From Podarcis muralis (Eukaryota), in the NCBI RefSeq assembly GCF_964188315.1, contig NC_135670.1, positions 18,042,001 through 18,106,000 of the forward strand: a stretch of DNA of 64,000 bases, in the 5' to 3' direction. The translations under genes and the position numbers were made by a program. Each line of letters opens with the position of its first letter. Within the stretch, counting starts at the first letter, position 1. Below are positions 1-11,000 of this stretch, piece by piece. The notes below the pieces were generated by a model. It did not search any database. It saw nothing but the letters and a program-made list of their open reading frames with translations, and was not told the origin of the DNA.

Positions 1-484
1 GAAAGGAGGATCAGACAAATTCATAGGAGGCTACTGATCCACAGGTGGAGGCAGCAATGCTTCTGGATACCAGCTGCTGGAAACCGAAGGAGGGGAGAGG
101 GCTCCTGTACTCAGGTCCTGCTTGCTGCTTTCCCACAGGCATCTAGTTGGCCACTTTGAGGGCCAGGATGCAGGCCACTGGACTGATCCAGCTGCAGGGC
201 TCTTCTTCTGGTAGTTTTTAATTCCACATCTAGTAATCAATTCACATCAAGGGGCCCATTCTGCAAACAGCACACACTGCAACTTGACTTGCAAAAAGCA
301 AATGTGAGAGTGCAGGAGTCATGAGATTTTGCTGCAGCTTTGTCAGCTACAGATATGAAATCACTTTTGCTAAGGTAAGAGCGCTGCACTGCTAAACATC
401 ACACCAAAAGGAGGCTTCCTGGCTAACAGACCCCCCCCCCCTTCACGTATTGGGCCCTATGAATGCAGATTGGGCTGTACTCAC

Positions 485-624
485 TTGTGCTGCAATGTCA
501 GGGTACTGGCCTAGCGTCTGCAACATTGTACGCATGTAAGGGGCAGAGATCACGTTCTGCATGAGCTGGGGATTCTCTGAGATCTGCTGCAGAAGACCTT
601 GCATCTCAGGGCTGCTGAACATTC
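485..624 (-). CDS. UBQLN4: UBQLN4 exon 7 (140 bp)
   Basis: ttacag|(G)[46 protein letters not shown]|gtgagt; absent from the ORF track, read directly from the sequence. Confidence 0.94.
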
Positions 625-3600
625 CTGTAACAAAGGGGAGAGAGTTGAAAATTTAACAGCCGACAAACATGTAGCTCTGCCAACCTAGATGGGGCAAGAT
701 GCCTGAAGCTGCTTCCTGATCACACTCCAGCAACAAAACCAGGGATCTCAAAACAAAGTCCAAAAATTGGGTTAGGTTCATTGAATTAAAAGGTCACTGG
801 AAGCCTAGCCAACCCCCTTTCTGATTTTAACCCTTTGGCAGAATCCTGTTGGCTTTTGGTTTTTTACTGCAGTCACATGGATGTCTTTTTTAAAACTTTA
901 ATTTCAAAAAGGTATACTTTTTTTTTACTGTAGCAATGAACAATATAATGAGATCCCTGCTCTTTCCCCAACAGATACAAACCACTAAAACCCCCACAAT
1001 TCAAAAAGTGTCATGACAGAGATAAACAGTTGTTTTGTGGGAATGATGGGCCAAATCAATGTACATTTTTTCACTTAATGCACATGCATGAAATACACAG
1101 AATGTGATTAACAAAACCTGATTTCCCCCTCCCTGTTGAGCCACCTATTGGATCCTTCCAGAAAAAAGGACCACCACAAGCTCAGAATGCATCCATAACA
1201 GGTTAAGTATGTTAAAGAGTTGACTTAACCTATGTCAGTTACTTAATACCAGTATGCCATTGCATTAGCTGGTAGAAAACAGTAACGAGACTTATTTACT
1301 TACTATTTCTTTATCCCACCTTTGTCTCCAAGGCGCTCAATGTGGCATACATGGTTCTCCTCCTCATTTCATCCCCACAACAGCCTTGTGAGGTAGGTTA
1401 GGTTGAGCAGCACTGACTCCCCATAGCCAAGTGGGGATTTGAACCCTGATCTCTCAGGTCCTAATTCAACACTCCAACCACTATGCCAAACTGGCTCTCA
1501 CTGGCTCAGCAACCAGATTTTGAGGTTGGGGGTGACAATGTTTTTTCCTTGTCACCCATGAGAGCCTCACACTAAAGTAAAAGGGTTTTCCCATTCAATT
1601 GAGCAATAATCCCGGTTCTTAAACTGTCACTGTGGCAGAGTGGAAATGTCAACCAATTCTCATCTCTTCAGAACAGTCAAAAATCTTCAGGTTAAACAAC
1701 CACAGAACTACCACACTTCAAAATGAAGAGCAGTTCTGTGATCTAGAAAGGCCAGCTCTGAGTGCAAACGCGCAGCTGCCAGGACCACCTACCGCCCCAC
1801 GGACTCCACGCTAGCTATGTACGTACCAGATCCTAGGTTGGTTGCGTTGATCCCCAAAGGGTTGGAGACAGTGGGTGTGCTTTGGCTTGTCACCGAGCCG
1901 GTGCTCCCTTCGCCGCTTGGCGCCTGGCCTTGAGAGGCAGGCGTGGGGCTCCAAGGGTTGGGCAGCGGTTCTCGGTTTTCCGTCCGCAGGGGCTGCGAGT
2001 TCGAGGTGTCGGAACTCCCGGCCAAGGCAGAGAAGGGATTATTGCCAAACTAGACAGAGAAGATTTGGCTCAATGAGTGACTCTGCAAACTCTCAGATGA
2101 ATTCTGCTTCACAGGATTAGCAAGAAAATGAAATGAAGGTGTGCTGGGATTACAAAACAGAGCTTTGATTTAAACTGCAGGTTTCACCAAATACGTGTTT
2201 ACCATCTGCTACGTTATTTACTGTAAGCAGCCCTGAGTCTCTGACTCTCTTCAGACAGCACACAAACCACACTTAAGGAGCATACCTATGATTTGGTGAG
2301 ATGTCTGAACTGACAGACCATGGTTAAACCCGTCAAACAACATGGTTTAAACAAACTCTGGTTTGCAGACCAGCAACAGCTTGATGTGATCTTTGGAAGT
2401 GACAAACTATAGCTTTTGCCCTGTCACCACAGAAACAAAGAGAGAAAAGGAAAACAACCATCACTAAAACTTGGATGCTTGCACACTTGTAACCACAGGG
2501 CTGTATCTTATCCTAGTCCTACTCAAAGCGGACTCATTGAAGTTTATGGACGCGACTAACTTAATTTTGAGGACTTGATTTGCATACTAATCTTTGAAAA
2601 GTACAAACAGTTTTTGGCATTCACCTCCTACACTGATCTTTGTACAAAAATCCCAGGGTGAATTACATAATAAAACTCTTAATCAATTTGGCAGGATTCA
2701 TATCAAAACCGCAGAACATCAAAGTACTGCTCTGCTCATGAAGGCTAGGGAGGTAACCAGTCACAGACACTTATCAACTTGTCTGAGGAATTTGCAATAA
2801 ACTTGGTGAATCTTGTGAAATCTTAATTAAATGAGTGTTTTGTTCTGCTTAGAAGATACAGTCAGACCTAGCCTACCTGTTCCCTGGCAGCACTGAACAT
2901 GGGCTCCTGAATATCTGTGTACATCCGCCGCAGGGCATTGTACCCTCCAGGGATGCTCTCCAAATTGCTCAGGGCTCGGTCCTGGTTGCGCATCATCTCT
3001 TGCATCATGGCAGGGTTGCGTGCCAACTCCATGGTCTGAGAAGAGAAGGGCAAACAGAAAACCATGAGCAGAAATATGACGAAAGCAGACAATAATGGTT
3101 TGGGCTCTGAACTATGGTTAGTGCAAACCCTGGTTTGGTGTGTTGCCTAAAACAAAGTTCAAAGACTGCCTCAAGCCACAAGCAGGGAAACAACAGCCCA
3201 CCTGGCGCATAAGCTCAGGGTTGTTCAGCATGTGGCTAATCTCTGGGTTGCGCTCCATCAGCTGCTGCATCTGGGGGTTGGCCATGATCATCTGCCGCAT
3301 GAAGTCTGGGTTGGACATCATGTTCTGGACCAGGGGGTTCTCCATGATCTGGGAGAGCATCTCTGGGTTGGACATCAGCTGCCGCTGCATCTGCTGCTGA
3401 AGCTCCATGAAGTTTGCAGAGCCCATCCCCAGGTGGCCGAGCCCTGCAATGCCGCCAAAGCCAGCTGAGAGAAGACACAGAGAAAGAAACCACAAATGAG
3501 AAAGGTCTGCCTGGGGCTGAATGGCTAAAACCTAAGGCCCATCTCCCTCTTGCTCCTTCTACTATCAACACAGAGCCATCAGTGTAGCCAAGGGGGGGGG

Positions 3601-6600
3601 GCAGCTGCCCCCCCAAATCAATCAAAATCTGAGGTTCTCACTCCCCCCCAATAAAACCCAAAAAAAATCCTGGCTACGCTCATGCACAGAGCTTACTGAA
3701 AAGGCAGGATGAGATATAACAAGCCCAGCTCTTGCTCTCTGGGATCTTGCTGTGCATCAGACCCAGCAGCTCAACAACTCTTAGGGGCAGGCTCAAAAGA
3801 CCCACAAGGATAAGAGCATGGGTAGGCAAACTAAGGCCCAGGGGCCAGATGCAGCCCAATCGCCTTCGCAATCCGGCCCAAGGACGATCCGGGAATCAGC
3901 GTGTTTTTACATGAGTAGAATGTGTCCTTTTATTTAAAATGCATCTCTGGGTTATTTGTGGGGCATAGGAATTTGTTCATTTCCCCCTGGAAAATATAGT
4001 CCAGCCCCCCACAAAGACTGAGGGACAGTGGACCAGCCCCCTACTGAAAAAGTTTGCTGACCCCTGGATACAAGTGTGAATAGACAAAGCTGGGGCTCCT
4101 GCAAGTGGCCAATTTTCACATGCATCATGTGATTAAGAGGGTTTTCCCTTCAGTATTTCTCTTAAGCTATTAAAACTCAAGAATCCACTTATAAACCCAC
4201 TAATCCATCTGGAGCACACAAGCCACCCCATTTTTTTATTCTTCAGTTTTCTTTCTGACATGTTCACACTTTTGTTTGTTTTGTTAACAAATCAATAAAG
4301 CAGAACTGCCTGCCTTGAGATCCTCAGACCCTGGAACTCTGCTCTCACGCCTGCTGGAGTGGGAGCAAAGACCCAAAATGTCCCACTGGTGCCCAAGAAG
4401 ACAGGAAAGCCAAAGGCTAACCCGAGCAGAAGAAACTCAACAACGCTCACACAAGATGGAGGTGGCTCCGCCAGGGGTCCCATCTGATGCCGGGCCTGGC
4501 GTGGCTCCCAATCCGCTGCTCCTCCGGCTGCTGCTCCCTACATCAGAGAGCGTGTTGCTGGATGTTGAAGGCTGAGGTGGGGCTGCAGGGGAAGCAGGGG
4601 CTGCCGAGGGAGTAGCAGCAGCAACAGAAGTAGCAGTAGCAGCAGCAGCAGGAGGAGGGGAAGCAGCAGGCGCCACTGAAGGGTCTTGAGTCCTGCAAAT
4701 AAAGGAAAGTGACAGGTGACGACACAACTGTTATGTGAACATATAGCTCTCCTTGAATTTAAAAGGAAGCTACTATCTCCCTACAAAGTACATTAGAGTA
4801 ATTTAGTGTGTGTGCTCAGCAACTCTTAGAACCCTGAATTTTGCAATGGGGAAGCCCAAGCCACACACAGTTAGGTCTATGGCAGGTGGGGGTGGCTACT
4901 CTTCCTTCTCATCCTTAAAAAAAGCCACCAGTAAGGTAAAAACAGAAGAACCCACAGATAAAACAACAAAGGCCAATAAAAGGGCTCTTAACTACTATGA
5001 ACTACTACTACACACACACACTCCAGTAGCCACCCAGCTAACCACCAAATGCAGGGGCACCCAGAGGAATGAAGATCTTATTCAGTGGGCAGCTTCACAG
5101 GGGAGACAGCAGGATACATAGGTCCTGAAATAGGAGAACATGTAATTTACTTTTGAAAGTACTTCTGGCTGACACCACCATAGCATTCCATGTTTTCCCC
5201 TGGATATTTATGTTTGTTATTTAAATCTGCTTGTCATCTACTAAAGCCACACTACGTTGTTCTCTTTTACTATGAATTCAATATGGTGTTTTTATCTGTG
5301 TTTTGCATATTTCAGTTTGTGTATATAAACAAAGAGGAGCTATTTATTCAGAAGGATTTGAACCAGTCTTTTGAGGGGTGTGGGGAAGCTGTTACTTACT
5401 AAGTGGCATATCTGCAATATAAACTAAAGCTGACTGAATGGGCCTGCTTTTCAGAGGGAAGCTCTTACTTCTGTGGAGTTTTGATCACCAGATGCACCGT
5501 CAGTCCATCTTTGATCCCGTGCTGATTCAAGGTATCCCCGTCTTTCAGAATCTTCCCGGCAAAGATCAGAACCAGCTGATCCTGTTTGGCTTTAAACCGG
5601 CGGGAAATCTCTTCTTTAAACTGGAAAAAAGACATTTTAGAAGGTTAGGCTTTCCACAGACATTCTTGCTGTGGTCAAGAAGGCCAAGCGGCGGCAACCC
5701 TTATCCCTTGCTGGTCTATTTAGTCTTCCCGCCTCCTGGCTTCACCTTACCAAACACTGTTTCTTCATCCACACACTCTGTCTGCTTTCTCCGCCCTTTC
5801 CCTTTTCATCCTAACCTGACCTCCACCTACATCCAGGCAGATTCCTGTGATGCAGGAGCTCCACAGGTCAAGTCTCACCCCCGCTATGAACACATAAGCT
5901 CCTCTAGTTACTCGGTCTCTTAGCCCCCCTCCCACCCTGCAGTATGGGGAAACTAATACTGCCCTTCCCATCAGGATTATGTGAAGAGCTTCAAACATTC
6001 AGCGAAGTTATTACATAAATCAGCATTGTCCAACCAGGTATCCTGCAGATGTCTGCAGTACAAAACATCCCTAGGGTACCAGAATGTTTTTATTACTCTC
6101 TGCCACCGCCTCTCCAAGCCCCAGAGAAGGGAACTCATTTGAAATTTCCCCCCCCTTTCAATGCATCATACACCCCAGAGAGATCTGCAACAAACTCCTG
6201 GATCCACGCAGCTGTTGTCTATCTTCCCCACAAGGTGGCACTCTCATCTTCATTTCTTCTCTTTCTCCTCTCATTATCCCGCCTCAACCACTCCAGATTG
6301 TTCACATTCTCTTCTCCAGGCTTTACCCATTCTTCCTTTCCCCATTCTCTCCCCTCTCAGACAAATCCTCAAGCCTGATCTGCTTCATCACTATTTCTCC
6401 CTCTATGTTGCAGGAAAGAAAAGTCCGCTTGCTTCCTTGCCCAAACACTTTGCCTTGCCCAACCCACCCTCATTTCCTTTCACTCTGATCGACCCCATTC
6501 ACCACCACCCAAATCTCTGCTCCTCTTCAACCTGCTTCTCTTCAGGAACCCATTCGACCGCCTTGTCCTGAGCCCGGCATGTCTTGGCGGAGGAAGCGGG

Positions 6601-7294
6601 GAGGAAACGGGAGTCTCTGGCTTCCTTTGCCCGGCGAGGCCAGGGGGCCTCCCGAACCCACTCCTCGCGCTAAGCTTCCCTGCGACCCTCCTGCCCTGTA
6701 GATGGTGCAGCTGCGGATGCTGTTCCGCGCGCGAAGCATCCTTGTATGCAGGCAGCCCCAAGCGGCTCCTTCCCCAAATCCCACCCATCGGCGCCTTTTC
6801 TGTTGCGGGGGGCGACCGCGGACCCTCCCCCAAAACAGCCCATCCCTCACTTCAGCTCCGGGAGGGGTGGGTGGGCGCTCCACCACGTGACTCCGTGCCG
6901 CGCGGGCTGAGAGGTGGGGGGTCCCCTCCCCCCAATCCTTCCAGCGCCTCAGAGCCCGCCTCGCCCCTTTGTTCCTCGCCGCCGCCGGACAGTAACGAAA
7001 AGGGGAAGGGGGGGCAGACAACGACACTCCCCGCCGCCTCCCGCAGATCCCCTGACCTCCGCCCGCAGAGGCTGAGGGGTCCCGGCGAGAGCTTCCCCGC
7101 CCCCGGCTGACCTCCTTGACGGAGACGCGCTCGCCGGTGAGGATCTCCTCCTTGTCTTTCGGGGTCTTCACCGTCACGCGGATGAGGAGCCCCCCCGGGC
7201 CCGACTCGGGGCCGCCGCCCCCGCCTTCTCCGCTGTCGCCGCCGCCTCCGCCGCCACCGGCCGAGCCGGGCCCGCCGCCGCTCAGCTCCGCCAT
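485..7294 (-). CDS. UBQLN4: Ubiquilin-4, 5' part (gene span; exons 1-7: 7112-7294, 5469-5620, 4451-4692, 3202-3464, 2877-3035, 1827-2049, 485-624; continues past left edge)
   Basis: Spliced translation MAELSG...[14 protein letters not shown]...[27 protein letters not shown] (UBL domain)...[20 protein letters not shown]...[15 protein letters not shown] (STI1 repeats)...[22 protein letters not shown]. All introns are GT-AG and phases close. Confidence 0.97.
1827..2049 (-). CDS. UBQLN4: UBQLN4 exon 6 (223 bp)
   Basis: tctag|[11 protein letters not shown]...[15 protein letters not shown]...NLGS(G)|gtacgt. Confidence 0.95.
2877..3035 (-). CDS. UBQLN4: UBQLN4 exon 5 (159 bp)
   Basis: ctcag|TMELARNP...FSAAREQ|gtaggc. 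Confidence 0.96.
3202..3464 (-). CDS. UBQLN4: UBQLN4 exon 4 (263 bp)
   Basis: ctcag|[10 protein letters not shown]...[11 protein letters not shown]|gtgggc. Confidence 0.96.
3817..4066 (-). mobile_element. hAT MITE (same family as 63723-63978) in UBQLN4 intron 3
   Basis: Collinear reverse complement of the 63.7-kb copy. Confidence 0.85.
4451..4692 (-). CDS. UBQLN4: UBQLN4 exon 3 (242 bp)
   Basis: ttgcag|[12 protein letters not shown]...GGATSIL|gtgagc; Ala/Pro/Ser-rich linker. Confidence 0.93.
5469..5620 (-). CDS. UBQLN4: UBQLN4 exon 2 (152 bp, UBL domain)
   Basis: ccag|FKEEISRRF...VHLVIKTPQ(K)|gtaag. Confidence 0.96.
7112..7294 (-). CDS. UBQLN4: UBQLN4 exon 1 (183 bp)
   Basis: gccaagATGG start; ends VSVKE|gtcagc. 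Confidence 0.95.
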
Positions 7295-7966
7295 CTTGGC
7301 CGACCGCCCACCTGCCACCGAGGAGGTAGGGCCAGAGAGGCGCCGCTGCCTGCTGCTACCATAGAGACGCGGAAGCCATCATTTCCGGTTACTTTGAAGA
7401 GCACTTCCGGCGAAGCAATCCCCCCCCCCCAAACTCGACTCAGGATTAGGATTGAAGAGCCGTACAAAATACGGGTAGGAACTCGGCGCCTCCGTGGGAA
7501 AGGCCGCCGCCGCCATTCTGCGACTCTCTCACAGGTGTCGTGGACGATCGGACGCGGCGCCGCATTTGCCATCTTCGTGGTGGAAACGGCCCTCCCTAGT
7601 GTCACCGGAAGTGCGCGATAGGGAAACCGCTCTTCACGTTCGTGGGCTAACAGAGATAGGAAAAGTTGAGAGTCACACACAGGCGGCCACTTTTGGGTTT
7701 TTAAAGGGATCTCTGGCCTTGGCTGTTATTCTCCGAAGGGAGAATTCAGCAGGAGGAGACGAGAGAGGGCGGATAGAGCGGCCCTCCGCAACGTACCTCC
7801 TAGCGACAAGTTGGTGAGCCTCTCCACCGGGGGTGGGAACCGGAAGTGATGTTGAGATGGGGAAGACTACAATTCCCAACATGCGCCGGAGTTATTTCCT
7901 TGTTGGGTCAGCTGATGCGAGGCTTCGCCCTGCTTTGCGAGGGGAGCGTCTGGCTGGAAGGTTGTG

Positions 7967-8034
7967 ATGCTGCGCCCCAAGGCCCTCACGCAGGTGCTGA
8001 GCCAGGCGAACACGGGAGGAGTCCAGAGCACCCT
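7967..8034 (+). CDS. LAMTOR2: LAMTOR2 exon 1 coding part (68 bp)
   Basis: ATG CTG CGC CCC AAG ... ACC CT|gtgagt. Confidence 0.96.
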
Positions 8035-11000
8035 GTGAGTACTTGGGCAAGCAGAGTTGGTGGGGCTTACTCGCGAGTGGCAGTGCAGAGGGTTGCACTG
8101 CAACTTACGGAACTCACTGCCTCAAGGTGTATTTGGCTAGCTTTAATAATAATAAACACTTAGAGGGAATCTAGGAGGGGAGCTTTATATTGCTGCACAT
8201 AATGAAGCATTTGAAAAGGCTAGCAAAAGCAGAATAAAGGTAAAGGGACCCCTGACCATTAGTTCTAGTCACGAACGACTCTGGGGTTGCAGCGCTCATC
8301 TCGCTTTATTGGCCGAGGGAGCCAGCGTACAGCTTCCAGGTCATGTGGCCAGCATGACTAAGCCGCTTCTGGTGAACTAGAGCAGTGCACGGAAACGCCA
8401 TTTACCTTCCCGCCGGAGCGGTACCTATTTATCTACTTGCACTTTGACGGGCTTTCGAACTACTAGGGACCGAACAACGGAAGCTCACCCCATTGCGGGG
8501 ATTTGAACCGCCGACCTTCTGATTGGCAAGTCCTAGGCTCTGTGGTTTAACCCACAGTGCCACCCGCGTCCCTTACAAAAACAGAATACAGTACTCTAAA
8601 ACGCATGAAGCTTTTAACATGCCATTTGAGGGTATCGTTTATGCCAAACAAAGATTGAGACTGATCCATGCAAACACCAGTACAATTGCAGCTGCCGTAT
8701 TCATTTCAGCCTTGTAGTCTTTTCTTCAGTAGCATAAATGTTGTAAATCATGGTTTCACTACTCTAGAACTTCAGGCTTGAATTGGTCAAGAGAGTGTGT
8801 TTTTGGTCTCTTTCTGTGTGTGTAGCTGTGCATATATAATTTTATATAGCATTTCAGTTCCTTTTGGTAGCAAATCATACTTTCAGTGTGTTTATGTGTG
8901 TGTACTGGGCTGCTACACTTCAGGCTGCAGAGGCTGAATTAAAGCAGTACGTTACAAATAGTTAGGTGCAGGTCTGTAAACAACTGTGCAAAATGTCGAT
9001 TGCGCATGCTGTTTTAGTTTGCTGCATGGACATTACCCTCCTATGAGCACCCATCAGGCTACAAATAAAATAAAGTATCTCTTAATCTTTTTCAGAATCA
9101 CTTTTAGACATAGACACAATTCTCTAGGACTATTTAATCCTCTTTGCTGTTCCTATCTAGCCTTCTGAACAATGAGGGCTCTCTCCTTGCATATTCTGGT
9201 TATGGAGACACAGATGCCAGAGTCACAGCTGCCATCGCCAGCAATATCTGGGTGGCTTATGACAAGAATGGGCACCAAGCGTTCAACGAGGATAACTTGA
9301 AGTTCATCCTAATGGACTGTATGGTACGTATCATGAGGTGTTGCATATCCTGGCGACCTCTGCTGCTGCTGGTTCACTGGGATGCCTCAGGCACTGGGAA
9401 CATCCATTTCAGGGATAGGACGAAACCTCAAATCCCCAGGTCTGGCTGGAGGCACACCTTTGTGGCAGCACGTTTTTCCATGCACGATGAAATGGCACAT
9501 CTGGAAATCTTTGAGGAGTGATATTGGAAGGATGGAACATGGTGATTGTGGGATACCCTATATACAGCCCGACCTCTGTTAGCGTTGGGCTGGAGATCGG
9601 CAAGAGGTTAGAAGATACAGCTGGAGGCAGAACGTGGCTTCATAACCACATTTTCTGGCTTAAGAGTGGCTCCACTACAAGGGAGCACTTGCCTGGAGAG
9701 GTTTCCAGCAGCTTTTCCACCAACCTACAGAGAAAAGCTTGGAGGGTGGAGGTGGGAAAGTCGGCCCATGCTGTGCACTGAAGCCCTGGCAATCTGCTGA
9801 TTTAATGGCACATGCAAAGCCCTCTGCACAGAGTTTTGCCCAGGGATTTGCAGGTGTTGCTGATCAGCCCCTGTGGGGTTTGCCCTTCTGGATGTCATGG
9901 CAACCAGGAGGCAAACTTGCCAGCCACTGTTTTGCATGGTGACTTAATTCATAGAATTGTAGAGTTGGAAGAGACCCAATGGTCCTGGAGTCCAACCTCC
10001 TGCAATACAGGGAATTGAGTCTGCATGTCTGCTGAGGGGGCCACTTGAGGTCCTCAGCTGCCCAAATTGCTACCTGGTGAGTGCGACGTGTAGTTGGGCT
10101 GTGCATCAGCCAACAGCCACAATAGGTTGGATGTATTCATCTCGTGATGGTGAAGCAAGCCCTGTAGGCATCATGCAGCCTGGAGCTGCTCCAGCAGGCA
10201 CCAGAGGAGGCCTGTGATGGGGACACACACACTTCTGGGACGGGGCTTCTGCTTGAAGGAATTCATTTATTACACTGATATCCCAGCTTTCTTGCAAGGA
10301 GCTCAAGGCGGCATACATAATACTTCCTCTTCCCATTTTATCCTCACAACAGACCAGGGAGGTAGATTTGGCTGAGAGGCAGTGACTGGTCCAAGGTCAC
10401 CCAGGAGCTTCACGGCTGAGTGGTGACAAGAGCCCCAGTCCACTACAACCTCACTGGTAGAGGAAGGTAGGGGGTAGAGAATCTCCCTGTGTTGTGGGAC
10501 ACTTGCTTCAGAGCTCTTGTGGGGGGGGGGGCTTGCCCATAGGCTATATCTAGCACTCCCAAATGGCTTTGTGCCCCCAAGTCCGCCTTTTAAAAATTAA
10601 TTATTATTTTAGAGGATTAGCAATGAATTATTATTACTATTTCAGTAGTGTAGAAGAGCTGGTGGGCAAGCCTTCTGGAAGGCAACCTTGAGAGGAGTGG
10701 TTTTCGCCACTCCCATTTTTCTGCACATTGGCCATGACCAGTTTGCCACGCGGCCCCCAGAGGATGAACGTGGCCCTTGGCCCGGAAAAGGTGTGCTGTC
10801 CCCGTATTAAAAGTGGCAGAAAGCTTGTCTGAATTTGAATAGGGCAACACCTCTGTAGGGTGAGAAACCTGAATGCCCTGCAGTCTGTGAATATTGTGCA
10901 CTCATATTCTCTATTCTCTCTACCCTGCCCTGCACAATGCATAAAATGACCCAAGGAGGGCCGTGTTGCCATCACCCGCGTTGCCAATCTGCTCCTGTGC

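Larger units (their letters stand above)
6560..8100. promoter_or_regulatory. CpG island / bidirectional promoter of UBQLN4 and LAMTOR2
   Basis: CpG-dense; divergent ATGs at 7294 (-) and 7967 (+). ETS CCGGAAGT at 7402-7410 (rc), 7605-7612 and 7840-7847; YY1-like AAGATGGCGG over the UBQLN4 ATG; ACTACAATTCCCAACATGC (ZNF143/THAP11-type) at 7866-7884. Confidence 0.85.
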
